Shown: piece by piece, positions 1 through 13,009 of the stretch
Layout of the letters: each line of letters opens with the position of its first letter
Position numbering within the stretch: the stretch's first letter is position 1
Assembly: GCA_964016885.1 (NCBI GenBank)
Contig: OZ024743.1
Coordinates: 310,682,001 to 310,746,000 of the forward strand
DNA: 64,000 bases
Direction: 5' to 3'
From: Eledone cirrhosa
Taxonomy: Eukaryota
Notes under the pieces: model-generated
The model's input: only the letters and a program-made list of their open reading frames with translations
What the model was told of the DNA's origin: nothing
Databases searched by the model: none
Program-made: the position numbers and the translations under genes

Positions 1-211
1 TATGTATGTATAATGTAATAGTTATCATACTTATATGTATTCTTGCTTTCATATCTTGTTACATATAAAATATAATATCATTTTCTAGCATTTGAATTTT
101 CTATCTTCTGATTGTTTTATAACTGAATTCCTAATTCTTCAATACTTCATTCTTAAATACAAACCAATTATATATAAGATGAGGTTTTGTAGAACTGATT
201 AGATCACATTA

Positions 212-400
212 AGGGCGGTGGATTGGCAGTATCGGTAGAGGGTCGGACGCCATGCTTTCCAGCATAGTTACGTCCCTTTACGGTCTGAGTTCAAATCCCG
301 CCGAGGTTAACTTTGCCTTTCATCCTTACGGGGTCGATAAAATAAAGTACCAGTAATGTACTGGGTAATTGATGGCCTTGTACCAAAAGTAGAAACAATT
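212..400 (+). mobile_element. tRNA-derived SINE, family 1 (~190 bp)
   Basis: A-box-like TGGCAGTATCGG and B-box GAGTTCAAATCC, followed by GCCTTTCATCCTTACGGGGTCGATAAAATAAAGTACCAG (resembles a Nin/Deu-type central domain) and an ATTA tail. More than 10 copies in the window. Confidence 0.9.
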
Positions 401-436
401 AATATTTAAAGTCTTCGGTTTAATACTACGAATTGT

Positions 437-970
437 CACACAGATCGGTTCACAATTAAACATAATATAAATGTTTCAATTAACGAACAATATGAAGCAA
501 CCTTAGCAAGATATTGATGAATACTAACAAAAAATCACCATGGCTGTATCGCATTAAAAATCAATGAACCTGACGAATCTTCACACAGATCTGTTCAAAA
601 GTAGACATAATATAAACGTGTGAATTAACGAACTATATGAATAACAAGACATTGATGAATAGAACAAACGTCACCATAGCTGCATTGCGTTATAAATTAA
701 CATCACAGACTTTCGATTAGGAAAATCGGTAGAGTGTCGCATAACATGCTTTGAGGCATTCAGTTATGGCTCTTTACCTTCTGAGTTTAGCTTTGCCTTT
801 CATCTTTACAAGGTCTATAAAATAAAGCGCCAGTAAGGCTCTGAGGTCGAGTTAATTGACTTTCCCCTCCCCAAAAATTGTTGGCCTTTTGTCTAAATCA
901 GAAACCATTATAAGTTAGCATCACAAACATCTATTCACAAGTAAAATACTAAAAACAGTTTAATCAACAA
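437..970. repeat. Diverged ~146-bp tandem repeat, third unit interrupted by a SINE
   Basis: CACACAGATC(G/T)GTTCA..A..A.ACATAATATAAA.GT recurs at 437 and 583, with a partial copy near 921 after the SINE at ~715-912. Confidence 0.6.
715..912 (+). mobile_element. Diverged family-1 SINE
   Basis: ATCGGTAGAGTGTCG...TTTGCCTTTCATC...ATAAAATAAAG...GAAACCATTA aligns with the copy at 212. Confidence 0.75.
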
Positions 971-1187
971 ACTTTTTAAAGATAATCTGCTGAGCCATTA
1001 CATGATGTTACAAATTACACTGTTGTTATAGTGTAATATATAGCATTTATTGCACTCATAATTTATAAATATATATATATGTTTTAGTAATAAAAGAAAT
1101 GTTACAATAACAGACGGACAAAACAAAAAAATGAAATATAACTTGAATAAGACAGACAAATGAGTTTGTCATTCAGTTAGTGTTTTC

Positions 1188-1497
1188 ACGGTTACCTTAA
1201 ATCTCAAAAGTATGCTCCAATGATACGGGCCCGGATTGGTGTGAAGGAGCGACCTCTGGTGAGAAAAACTCCATTAGGCGTCATTTAGTTAATGTTGTCA
1301 CGGTTATCTTAAATCTCAAAAGTGTCTTCCAATGATAGGATCTCGGATGGTATGAAGGAGCGACCTCTGGCGAGCAGGACCCCATCGGTTAATATTCGGT
1401 TAATATTATCACAATTACCTTTAATCTTAAAAGTGTGCCCCAGGAATACGATCCAGGGTGGTGTGAAGGAGCGGCCTCTAGTGAGAAGGACCCCCAC
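1188..1497. repeat. ~112-bp tandem repeat, 3 units
   Basis: CAC..TTA.CTT.AATCT.AAAAGT...GGT.TGAAGGAGCG.CCTCT.G.GAG recurs at ~1188, ~1300 and ~1410. Confidence 0.85.
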
Positions 1498-4400
1498 TGC
1501 AGGAGAGTTCATAGTCTCAGCGGTCAGAATACAGAAAATGTTGTATCGGCGGATACCGTGGGAGACACGTTGGAATAGCTATTCCGACTCGCTGGGCTCA
1601 CTCTCGCGAGTGACCAATTCGGTTCCGATAGTAGTGAGTAGGTAAGTAGTCCGATAGCAAAGAACGCCGAAAAGTCTCCACAGCTAGAGATTTGACGACA
1701 AACCTATCGGATAGTGGGCGATACTTCGACAGCTTGTGATCTTCGGTTGCGACAACGTTTGTTCTAGTTGTTTGATCAACGGAAAATCGTGCTCGTGAAA
1801 TTAACGCGCAAGAAGGCAAGCATTCCATAGTCACGTGTGATAATGCGAGCAGTTACAATCACTCGTACAACTCATTAACCCTCCAGCTTAGTGACTGAAG
1901 CGTGAAATAATGTATTTTTAAAGGCCGGAACATTGCCGACCAAGAATCAGTCTCAGGACCTTATGGTCATAAACTAAACCCCTTAACTACAAAGCCTCGG
2001 GCTTTCAGATTATTTTGAAGGTATATTTACACGCCAAATATAAGTTCAAAATAATATTTCAATTGTCTCTTAGTTGCCCTGTATTCTTGATTAACTTGTG
2101 TTTCTTTGGAAATAAATCATTTCTGACAAACATAATTTAGTGACAGACTCTAATATAGCTTGACAAACTTAATCAGATTTTATTTCCCAAAAGTTTTTCT
2201 ATAATCTTTAGACATCGCCTCTCTGTTTTAATGGTGGCAAATTATTAAAAAAATTCGTCTTATTTACTTATTCAAACATTCCACAGATGTGTGACATGGC
2301 TAGCTTTTAGAATCACGGGTACAACTCATTTACACAGCTGAGTGGACAGGAGAGTGAAATAGTGTAGTGTTCAATGACATACCACACTGCTGAGAATCGA
2401 TCCCACGACCTCATGGTCCTGAGACAGAAGAAGAATGTATGAAAAAAGATATTACATTATTGATAATAGTTTCTGATATAGGCACAAGGCCAGCATTTTG
2501 GGGAAAAGGGAAAGTTCATCAAATCATCCCCAGTGAGTTATTGGCACTTTATTGTATTGACCTTATAAGGCTGAAAGGCATATATCTAAACTATAATAAA
2601 GTAAGGAGTACGGGACTGCATCCATAATATATTTCGTTTATCCCGTTTGTCAAATAAGTTGGATTACTTTGAATAAATGATGAATGAATATTACATAATT
2701 TATCTACTAAATTTCGTGGCTGTTCATTAAATATATATGATCACTTATTTAAAGATTCACTTCTTTAAAATTTTCAGATGCCAACACTTCCGGTTAGCGA
2801 TTGCTTAAATAAACATTCATATATTTCCGTCACTAATTTTCTCCTAATTCAGTTTATATATAATATCGTCTTTTTTTAATGTATCATAGATTACGTTACT
2901 GATTACATAAGAGTGTATAACACAGTCTTCGTTCAATTTCTGTGTATATTGTCAATTACGATTTGATTTGATGTATCATATCTACATGCATATATACTTG
3001 CGTATAATATCAATATGCACACTACACATGCTAGCAGAAAACCACCCGAAATGTGGTTTTTCTGCTAGTATATGTAAAAGATAACGATTTAGTAGGATCA
3101 TAGAACCACATCCATCCGACGTTGTCAACAGTGGTAAACAGTAGCTTGAAATACTACTGAATCATCTAAATGAATGTATAAACATATGGATATGTGAGTC
3201 ACTAGATTTGAACATGAAAAGTAGATGATAGGATGACACTTAGGTAAGCGGTTGATGATGTTAATTATATGAACCCTGAGATAGAATGGAGAGAAAGAGG
3301 GAGAGGGAGATGGAGAGGGAGAGGGGGAGAGAGAGTAACGCAAAGCCAGCGGAGAAAAATATGAGAGATAACATTTAAGTTTTGTATAAACACCAGTGAA
3401 ACATTTACCTCGGAAAATGTTTTTATAATGGAAAAAGATGTTTTCTAATATAAGAACAAGGTCACACATTTTGTTGTAGGTAATAGTCGATTATATATCT
3501 GTCAGTATTTATTGTAAACATGTCGAAATGATGAAAGGCCAGGTCGAATCAGTCCTGTCTTGAACTGAGTACGTAATCGAACGTGATTATATGGCAAATT
3601 ATTTAGATAGATGCCCTACTGATTAGTCTAACCTAGAGTCTAGTATAATAAACGTATACTGATATTCACAATTATGTTACAAAACAGAAATAACTGCCGC
3701 AAGCTAATTTCACAAAATTGCAATAGCTAATTTTTATGCCACGGGGTAGAGGGAAGTTATGCAAATGACCGGAATAATTAAGAAAATGTAGTTGGATAAA
3801 GGTAATATAAGATATTATTCCAAAACGTAATTACTGTAAATTATATCCCATGCATTCAAAAACAATATCTTGTATGGGTAATTTAATAGGACGTGTAAAT
3901 TGTACAAAGTGATTATGCTCTCTGCAATGATTTTATCAAACACTTCGTTCCTTCTATAATTTCTGTCTAGTTTTGTGTCGAATTGATAACGGCCGTTTTC
4001 GTATCAACACCGAGAAGCTGTTTTACAGACTTTAATTACATGATTGCATAAAAGGCGGAGTTGGCGAATAGTTCAGAGACAAACATCACATAAAACAGAA
4101 TTTGTATTATTCTAACCTACAACAAATCTTTCTTTGTTTGGTGAGCTTGCCATTGAAAGAGGCCATTAAAATATTAAATGATAGATTCTATATAGAGACG
4201 GTTCTAATTTCAACAACAAGGTTTCCTTCTTTTACTATTCAAGATTTAGTAGATTGCATACCTCATATAAAATCATTTGAACTCATTGCCGTGATGTTGT
4301 AACCTAGTGAAGAAATACTGAATAAATATATTGTCCACGTGATGATACTATATACGGCATTACATATACTTAGATAAAGTTAAGTGAGTATAGCGACATA

Positions 4401-5589
4401 TCAGTATATAATCACACTCATAAGTAGTGGACAATAAGGAACTACACATTTCCCAATCAGCCATTGTTTCAATTCATATCGTTTCTTAAATCTATTTACA
4501 TCTGGTGTGGAATTAACCTAGCCGAATAGTTATGGGGTTTGCTTCGCAATCATTAAGTCCCCGTTTCATGTTCATCACATATCATCTTCAGTAAGCGTCA
4601 TTTACTATAACTTCGAATCAACCAAAACATTATGAGTCAAATTGTTTAGAAACTGCCAGATTGACACAACATGTGGTAAGAGGCAACCTTGCCACACATT
4701 GTGTCACGCTGAATCTCCCTGAGAATTACGTTGAAGGTACACATGTCTCTGGAATACTTAACCAGATAAGAGTTAATTCATGTGTCGGATGTACAGTCGA
4801 TCAAAAAACCTATTGATTATCGTTGAAAGCAACGGAAGTCCATTCCTAAACCTCGTATTTTAATATCTAATATTAGTTTTTTATGGTCGGACCATGTTTC
4901 TGCATGTTATCGGTACCATGTAATCCAGTACAACCTGCGTCATGATGATGAAGTGGTCGGCGACTAAACCATTACCCCATTTTCTCTCTCTATATGTATT
5001 TTTGTGTTGTTAGGCTTGAAGGTAAGTGGAACTCCAGTACCATACAAAACAAGAGCTGTTAAAGATGCCCACTATCTAGCAGTTTTGTTTTTAAATTTCT
5101 TCATAACGTCTATTTCTTTTATAGACAAAAGTATGACTAAAGACGATAAAATGATTTTATAAAGTTCAAATGTTTCTATTTATATACACTATTTATATCA
5201 GAGAGGTGTATTTGTTTTCAAATGTTTTAATAGCGATATTTGAGCGAGGAAGTCTTTCCAACTATACATGTTTAAATAGCTCTAATAAAAACACAGTTCC
5301 GAAGTAGACTATTTGTTTAAACATGAATATATATGGTTTTATGTTATGACTGATATTTAAGTATTCGAATGATAGTTATAGCTTCAAAAATGATCTGAAA
5401 TGCGAGCTAGGCATGAAAAGCTATTTTTTTTATTTTTAAGAAAGACATGAACGTAACATTTTGTTTCACTCCAGGAATGCAGATCATAGCATATAATCAA
5501 AGTATTAGTGGACTTGAAATTAAAGAATCTAATTAGATGCTCATACTATATTAACATCTTCATTTTAAACAGATGTACCCACCATTATA

Positions 5590-5748
5590 AGGCGGCGAAT
5601 TGGCAGAGTCGCTAGAACGTCAGATAGAATGCATTCATTATGGTATTCGTTCCGGCTGTCAGCTCTCTGAGTTCAAATCCCACTGAGGCCAATTTTGCTT
5701 CATCCTTTCGAGGTCGATAACAAAAGTACCAGTCTAGTACTGGGGTCG
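5590..5748 (+). mobile_element. Family-1 SINE (diverged)
   Basis: GGCGGCGAATTGGCAG...GAGTTCAAATCCC...TTCATCCTTTCGAGGTCGATAA..AAGTACCAG. Confidence 0.8.
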
Positions 5749-6053
5749 AACCTCCTCTATATCTCTTTCCCATTTCCTCTCTCTCACTTTCTATCTTTCT
5801 CTGGAAAAAATCTGCTGTACTCAGGCCAGCCGAGGGATGGGATCCGCCAGGCTTAAAATGTCCAGGAAACGCCGTATATGGTGCACCCACGTCTCTATTA
5901 GGATTTAAAGGAATATTAGATGTTAGTATATGTGTACAATATTTTCCGACGATGGTGGTTGTAAGCAATAAAATAATTTCTCAATAAGTTAATATTTACT
6001 TTCTATATATTGTCGGAAGAAATTTATACTAAATCATAGGATTTTATCTGATA

Positions 6054-6766
6054 CTAGCAGTGTATCCCGGCGTTGAACGGGTAAGAACATTGGTAATAGC
6101 ACCTCCAATGAGAAACGTTTATTTGTGAGTGCCTGTTAAAAACTCACGAAAATATACCGACAGGAAACTTGTTTTATTTTGAGAAAATTAGGAAGTTGAA
6201 AGTACAGTTTAGCTGTCTACGTGCATTGTTCATAGAAATATTGTTGAGCCCCTTCTTTTCATACGCCTCTGTTTTGGGGGCTTTTGGGGTAAATGTGAAA
6301 GAGAAAGTCACAGGTAAAGTTGGCAGAAGGTACCAGTGCAATAGCAGTAAGGCGTAGGCTACTTACCTGAAAAGTTCATTCGCACTCTTTCCACTAAGTT
6401 ACTTTTTCTCTCTATCCCTCTCGGTGCAGTCCCTTGTGAATTTCTTGCGTAGGCCTGGTGTAGATTTGCACCCGATCCATCTGTCCGATGCACATGTACA
6501 CTTTGTACGCCTTTTGGAGGAAGGAGTGACCAGCAGTAGGTTGTTCGCTATTATTACGAAAAGGTGTAGCAGAGACTCCCGCATGAACTAACAGCTCGGG
6601 AGGAAACTGCTTACCTCGAAGATTCATTCGCCATCGTTCTTGTCAACGCTCCGTTTAGTTGGTATTTGTTGGTCTACAGTTAGATGAATGACGCACAAAG
6701 GGTTACTGTTTATTGGCAAGAAGTGGCAACTGGGCTGGCTTGCCTCGCTTATATTATATATTAAGA
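6054..6766 (-). mobile_element. Non-autonomous Helitron
   Basis: The minus strand begins TCTTAATATATAA after a host A. It ends with a CCCG-ttcaacgc-CGGG hairpin 8 nt before CTAG, followed by a host T. A|T insertion, no TSD and no coding capacity. Confidence 0.75.
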
Positions 6767-7040
6767 TAACAGATTAAAGTTTAAGCAAATAATCGCTGCT
6801 TTCACCCTTGACGGGATCTTCTGAAACTAGAAAAATCAATCTGTGAACGCAGAAGTAAATATTTTGAAAAACATTGCAACCGAAGGCAAACAGGAAGACG
6901 ATACTTTGGTTCGTGAAGACGTTCCCTGGCAATGAATGGAAAATAGCGAACATAAACGTCATCAATGTTTGTCATAATGTCGTAATGCAGACAGCCAGAC
7001 ATACAAACAAATATTATAAGGGCGTAACGGAGATCGATAA
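6767..7040 (-). mobile_element. Penelope pLTR/3' relic (family of the 8807-10860 element)
   Basis: Matches 8807-9040 and 48240-48430. Contains the variant hammerhead at 6778-6828. Confidence 0.75.
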
Positions 7041-7183
7041 CCAGCGCCTAACACCCGTTTAACAAAAGAAAATTGAAAAATAAAAGCTGCAGTTAATATC
7101 TTTAGACAACAAGGAATATATAAATGCAAGTTTGAAGTCAATCGGAGTAGAAATATGGATTTGTATACATTTTGCAAAAATTA

Positions 7184-7285
<102 letters not shown>

Positions 7286-7901
7286 GCAACTACAGTTTTA
7301 TATATATATGTATAGATTTCACATTTGAATATTCTGCAACTACTATCCTAAAATCTATCAAATGCTTTAAAGTGATATTGCTATTAGAGAACTCGCAAAC
7401 AGTTTATTCAAACCACTGTAAATATGATGATGTGACATAAATCACTTAATCGCATTACTTTCAATCAATCACGTGGTTGTAATAGGCACTAGATCACGGT
7501 TAATTACATGTCACATACATTGATATAACGCGAAGAGAGAATTAATCTCCCATCTATTCAGATAATCATCTGCGTTATAAACTACTGTGAATCCTGTACA
7601 AGGTTATTGCTTGTAAATCCAATCAAAATTGCTTCATCTGCTTCACAGTGGATAGTAAGGTAGGGATTAGGAATGCTTTCTTGCTTTCAGAGACTGACAT
7701 TGCAATCGCAAAATATTTCCCAAAAGAATTTACCCTTGTGATTAAGAAGTTCACTATGCAGTTACGTGCTATCAGTTTCATTCCCACTGTGTAGCAGCTT
7801 GGGAAAATGATTCCTACTATGACCTAGGGTTATCTATGTAAGTGCTAATGCTAGCGAGGATAAAATGATGTTTATTATATATTTCGTATTTTTATATACA
7901 A

Positions 7902-7978
<77 letters not shown>

Positions 7979-7981
<3 letters not shown>

Positions 7982-8027
7982 TCCTGATGATTTCTAAAGA
8001 GTGAAACAGTTCTAGTCCTGTAGAATC
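7979..8027 (+). ncRNA. Type-I hammerhead ribozyme motif
   Basis: GATTC-CTGATGA-T-TTC/taaa/GAG-T-GAAA-CAG/ttctagtc/CTG-TA-GAATC. The core and all three stems are present, with predicted cleavage after A8022. Homologous copy at 59149-59199. Confidence 0.8.
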
Positions 8028-8040
8028 TCTTCTATATTAA

Positions 8041-8094
<54 letters not shown>

Positions 8095-8098
<4 letters not shown>

Positions 8099-8758
8099 AA
8101 TTTATATCTAGTAACATTTATATACATACAGATGCATATCAATGCTAGCAAATATATAGGTTTTGTCTTATTAACAATGTGGTTCAATGCATGGGGTTGC
8201 AGAACAATAATATGAGAGACGTAAAATAAGAAAATTATAAAATTAACTTACTTACTAAAAAATCACTTCCAACTAATTAGTTTCTGAAATGGAGTAAATA
8301 TATTTTCCGAAGAATCATATTGAAAATCATTCCGTCATCAGGTCAGTCTTTTTCCGTATAGGTCTCCAGGCATAGCGAGGACACTGGAAACTTATTAAAA
8401 AAAATAATTCAGTGGAATGGAAATAGCGAAGCGTGGACTGGAATCCAAGCCATTGAGAAAATCACTGCCTCTTCGTCTGTGGCAAATTCAAAAAGAATCA
8501 ATCACGTGACATCGAGATCAATCAGTGGAAAGCGAGTGGTTATTAAGACAGCGGCCAGCTTACTACCATAGTAGCAGTCATGGCCAAATATTGCTCGACA
8601 AATGAATTGGAGATAATTATAAGGAATTTATATCTAGTAACATTTATATACATACAGATGCATATCAATGCTAGCAAATATATAGGTTTTGTCTTATTAA
8701 CAATGTGGTTCAATGCATGGGGTTGCAGAACAATAATATGAGAGACGTAAAATAAGAA
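8095..8758 (-). mobile_element. Small non-coding element with 138-bp direct terminal repeats and a hammerhead motif (Penelope/retrozyme-like)
   Basis: 8095-8232 is repeated at 8621-8758 (526-bp period). Flanked by (TA)n on both sides. Hammerhead-like motif at 8265-8347. A related relic lies at 61394-61610. Confidence 0.7.
8265..8347 (-). ncRNA. Hammerhead ribozyme candidate
   Basis: Minus strand: ACTGAC-CTGATGA-C-GGAATG...CATTTC-A-GAAA-CTAATTAG (palindrome)-TT-GGAAGT. Stem I has two mismatches. Confidence 0.55.
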
Positions 8759-9388
8759 TATATATATATATATATATATAAGAATATATAAGAATATATA
8801 TATATATAACAGATTAAAGTTTAAGCAAAGAATCGCTTCTTTCACTCTTAGCGGGATCTTCTGAAACTAACAAAGTCAATCTGTAAACGCAGAAGTGAAT
8901 ATTTCAAAAAACGTTGCAACCGGAGGAAGACAGGAAGACGATACTTTGGTTCGTGAAAACGTTCCCTCTCAAAGAACGGGAAAAAACGAATATAATACGT
9001 CATTAATTGGAGCGGTGAAAAACAATTACACGTAAAGACAGAACCACGTTTATGGTATAAAAGAAGTCGTAGACTAATATTCTCTTAGGTGGTTCATAGA
9101 GACGTTCTCTGGCAATGAACGGAAAAAACGAAGGTAATACGTCATATGTGGAGCGTGGAGAACAATTGCACGCAAAGACAAAACCACGTAAATGGTATAA
9201 CTGAAGTCGTAGACTAAAATTCGAACTAGGAAACCGAATGATTCTCCGCTTCAGAGTTAAGAATAAAGTAAATAAAATACAGAGGTAATAGCAATTAAAT
9301 AAATACATACACGCATCCAAATACGTACATACACAAGCATACGCGAAAACGCTCACCATAGGTATACAAATAGACGCACATATAAATA

Positions 9389-9448
<60 letters not shown>

Positions 9449-9831
9449 AATAATTAAATAAACGTATATAAATAAATAATACGTATATAACAAGCGCACA
9501 CACATACCTACATGTAAATACACAAATGTTCGGAGACGTACGTCAACCAAAACACGAAGTACACATATACACACACCCTACATACGTACGAACCCGCATA
9601 CTCACACAGACGGAAAACTCACGTATACACATAACCAAAAGCATATGTACCCGAATATATAAAAAAATATACCCCATAACATATACAATCAAATATACCT
9701 ACGAGAAAGTATACGTACCTTCACAAAACATACAGGTAATATATACTTACTTATGCAAATAAGTAATGGTATAAACATAACATACACTTAGCTACCACAT
9801 CAAGACGTAAAATATCCACGTATAGATCGTA

Positions 9832-10482
9832 CTATCCGTTACGGTATAACGTGGGGCTGTAATACAGGAAAGTTTTGTGCAATTTATGTTTACAAGCCGA
9901 AATTGCCACAGATATTTTGTTTAAGATGTGGTCTGTGGCGTAGAGTATTTCCAGGGCCTCAGCGGCGCAGAGGTCACATGGTCTTTTATTTCCGTTATAC
10001 GATCTAGCCCTAACTAGCATCACCCAGTGTAACTTATATTGGGTGTGGTTGTTTTTTAGACTCCAGATATAAGCTGAAAGTGACGTCATATTCCTTCTTA
10101 GAGGGTAACGAAAAGAATGGGTATGCATGTAAAGACGCTGCTTGAATCTATTGGCGGTTAACCATATGTAGACCCTACGGGACGTAGGTGTTTCAACCTT
10201 ACATTTGCAGACAATGTTACTAGAGAGGCATTTCCCGGATAGGGGGCAATCAACCCGATTCCTACAATTACAGTTAGTACTAACTACAGGGTTGCACGTG
10301 TTCCTACGGCTAGGTAGTTTAGCTAAATTTGAAGCTGTGATGTTACCTGCAAGGTTAGGTGTCGTAGAGTAAGAAATTTTAATAGTATTTCTATTAAAAA
10401 TGTTACTATATTTATGTGTAGGGGGAAAATGCTTCGTAATAAGGGATAGAAAGATCTTAGCTAATGGTGTGGCCACCTCCAT
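9832..10482 (-). pseudogene. Penelope-type GIY-YIG endonuclease, C-terminal fragment
   Basis: KHFPPTH..IFNRNTIKISYS, CNCR...CPL.GKC zinc motif, degenerate YIG (VYIWLT), FK.R...H..SF and C.LC..E. Same motifs as the elements at 49.3, 56.2 and 60.5 kb. Confidence 0.85.
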
Positions 10483-10707
10483 ACTATATAAAAGAATATT
10501 AGTTTACGACTTCTTTTATACCATAAACGTGGTTCTGTCTTTGCATGTAATTGTTTTTCCCCGCTTTAATTAATGACGTATTATATTCGTTTTTTCCCGT
10601 TCTTTGCCAGGGAACGTTTCCACGAACCAACGTATCGTCTTCCTGTCTTCCTCCGGTTGCAACATTTTTTGAAATATTCACTTCTGCGTTTACAGATTGA
10701 CTTTGTT

Positions 10708-10758
10708 AGTTTCAGAAGATCCCGTTAAGGGTGAAAGCAGCGATTCTTTGCTTAAACT
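10708..10758 (+). ncRNA. Variant hammerhead motif (CAGAAGA core)
   Basis: AGTTT-CAGAAGA-T-CCC/gttaa/GGG-T-GAAA-GCA/gcgattctt/TGC-TT-AAACT. Minus-strand copies at 6778-6828, 8818-8868 and 48252-48302. Confidence 0.6.
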
Positions 10759-10865
10759 TTAATCTATTATTTTAATAAATATTTGCTCTAGGGTTCTTAT
10801 ATATTTGATATATATTTATCCTTATCGAGCCCTCTTTGGATTCTAGTCTTCAAATTTATTATTAT

Positions 10866-10967
<102 letters not shown>

Positions 10968-11444
10968 GTACATATACGCGCAAATAAGACCGTTATTGCT
11001 CCAATCAGTCTACTCACCCACAGCAAATAACCTAAAGTGGACGCCAACCTGTACTCATGATTCTTGCTAAATAAATCATACACACCCTGTCGAATGTGTC
11101 AAATCCTACGTGGACCACCCATTCTCCCAGACATTGCTTACGCAACTAGACGTTAATAGCCGCCCGATGGAGAAGACCTGCGTTATTTAGCTACAGTTGT
11201 CATATAACGTAGTTTCCACATAATAAAGCCAAAGCTATTATTATCAGCAGCGACTACATCCCCGTTATGTAATAGACCTAGACCTTAAACCCTCATACTA
11301 TCCACTAAGATGACGTGATGCCGCGCATCGAGAAGCCTATTTCTCACAACATGACATACCAAATTAATAATCAAGAAAGTGCCAAGCTACTAACACAAGA
11401 TAAAGAACACATGAAGTCTAGTTACTATATTACAACACAAATTA

Positions 11445-11635
11445 AAATAATGATTCCTACTATAGGCACAAGGCCAGCAATAATCCCAGTGTATTACTGG
11501 TACTTTATTTTATAGACCCCGTAAGGATGAAAGGTAAAGTTAACCTCGGCGGAATTAAAACTCAGACCATAAAGGGCCGTAATTCTATGCCGCAAAGCAT
11601 GGCGTCAGACCTTCTACCGATACTGCCAATCCACA
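11445..11635 (-). mobile_element. Family-1 SINE
   Basis: Reverse complement of the 212-400 consensus. Confidence 0.9.
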
Positions 11636-11892
11636 ATAGATAATATTATACAACCAACCCACTTTTTAACTAAGTCCAGCTCCAAACTAGTGTTAAGTGT
11701 GGCAAACCATACACGTGCATTGTTTTTATCATCTTTATTTTATTCAATCTAGTTAAAAAATCATTAGTAGATCCTATACTCCACCTCATAGTCATTCCAT
11801 TATTTGCATGTGTACGTGTGTGTCCTGAAAACTGGTAGTTGACAAGAAATTGGTACTAAACATAAATAACATAAGTACTGAAGCCATTATTA

Positions 11893-12080
11893 TTAGATTG
11901 GCAGTATCGGTAGAGAGTCGGACGCCATGCTTTCCAGCATAGTTTACGTCCCTTTACGGTCTGAGTTCAAATCCCGTCGAGGTTAACTTTGCCTTTCATC
12001 CTTACGGGGTCGATAAAATAAAGTACCAGTAATATTCTGGGTAATTGATGGCCTTGTGCCAAAAGTAGAAACAATTATTA
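11893..12080 (+). mobile_element. Family-1 SINE
   Basis: Near-identical to 212-400, flanked by ATT repeats. Confidence 0.9.
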
Positions 12081-12421
12081 TTAACTAGATTTGTTAAAGG
12101 TGTTACCTAACATTGCCATAGTCTACTAACTGAAACCATTGAAAGTTTTGGAAGCTGTGGAATTCCTCATTATATTAAGTACAATTTCACGTTTTATCCA
12201 TAGGCTTCGAAATTGATTTTATGATTTTCGCAATTTTAGCTGAACAATAGAGGTAAAATCTTTCACTTTACATATTAACTCCACTTATCTATTATCTCCT
12301 CTCTGCTAAGGTGTGGTAATTTTACCTGACTATCAGAAATCACTCTCTCGGGAGATTAACAAAAGGAATAATATACTAATCATTATCGGTTGGTATCAAA
12401 CAGAAAATATGGTACATACAT

Positions 12422-12870
<449 letters not shown>

Positions 12871-12873
12871 TAG

Positions 12874-12904
<31 letters not shown>

Positions 12905-13009
12905 TTTGTGTGTGTATGTGTGTATACATAAATACATACATACCCATACATGAACACACGCACGCAAACACACACATTCGCACATATACACACTTGTATA
13001 TATGTAATA

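Larger units (their letters stand above)
8807..10860 (-). mobile_element. 5'-truncated Penelope-like element with inverted pLTRs, inserted in (TA)n
   Basis: ~8807-9080 is the reverse complement of ~10495-10770. The arms enclose a GIY-YIG ORF fragment. The right arm has a ~90-bp tail. (TA)n on both flanks. Confidence 0.85.

Noticed and set aside
212-300. tRNA gene
   Set aside because: A and B boxes are present, but there is no cloverleaf and the sequence continues into a repeated SINE body.
1188-1497. CRISPR-like array
   Set aside because: Whole 112-bp units are homologous with no unique spacers, there are no cas genes, and the context is eukaryotic.
2772-2798. Possible micro-exon after TTTTCAG
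   Set aside because: The donor is weak and there is no other exon context. Short host exons cannot be excluded without RNA-seq.
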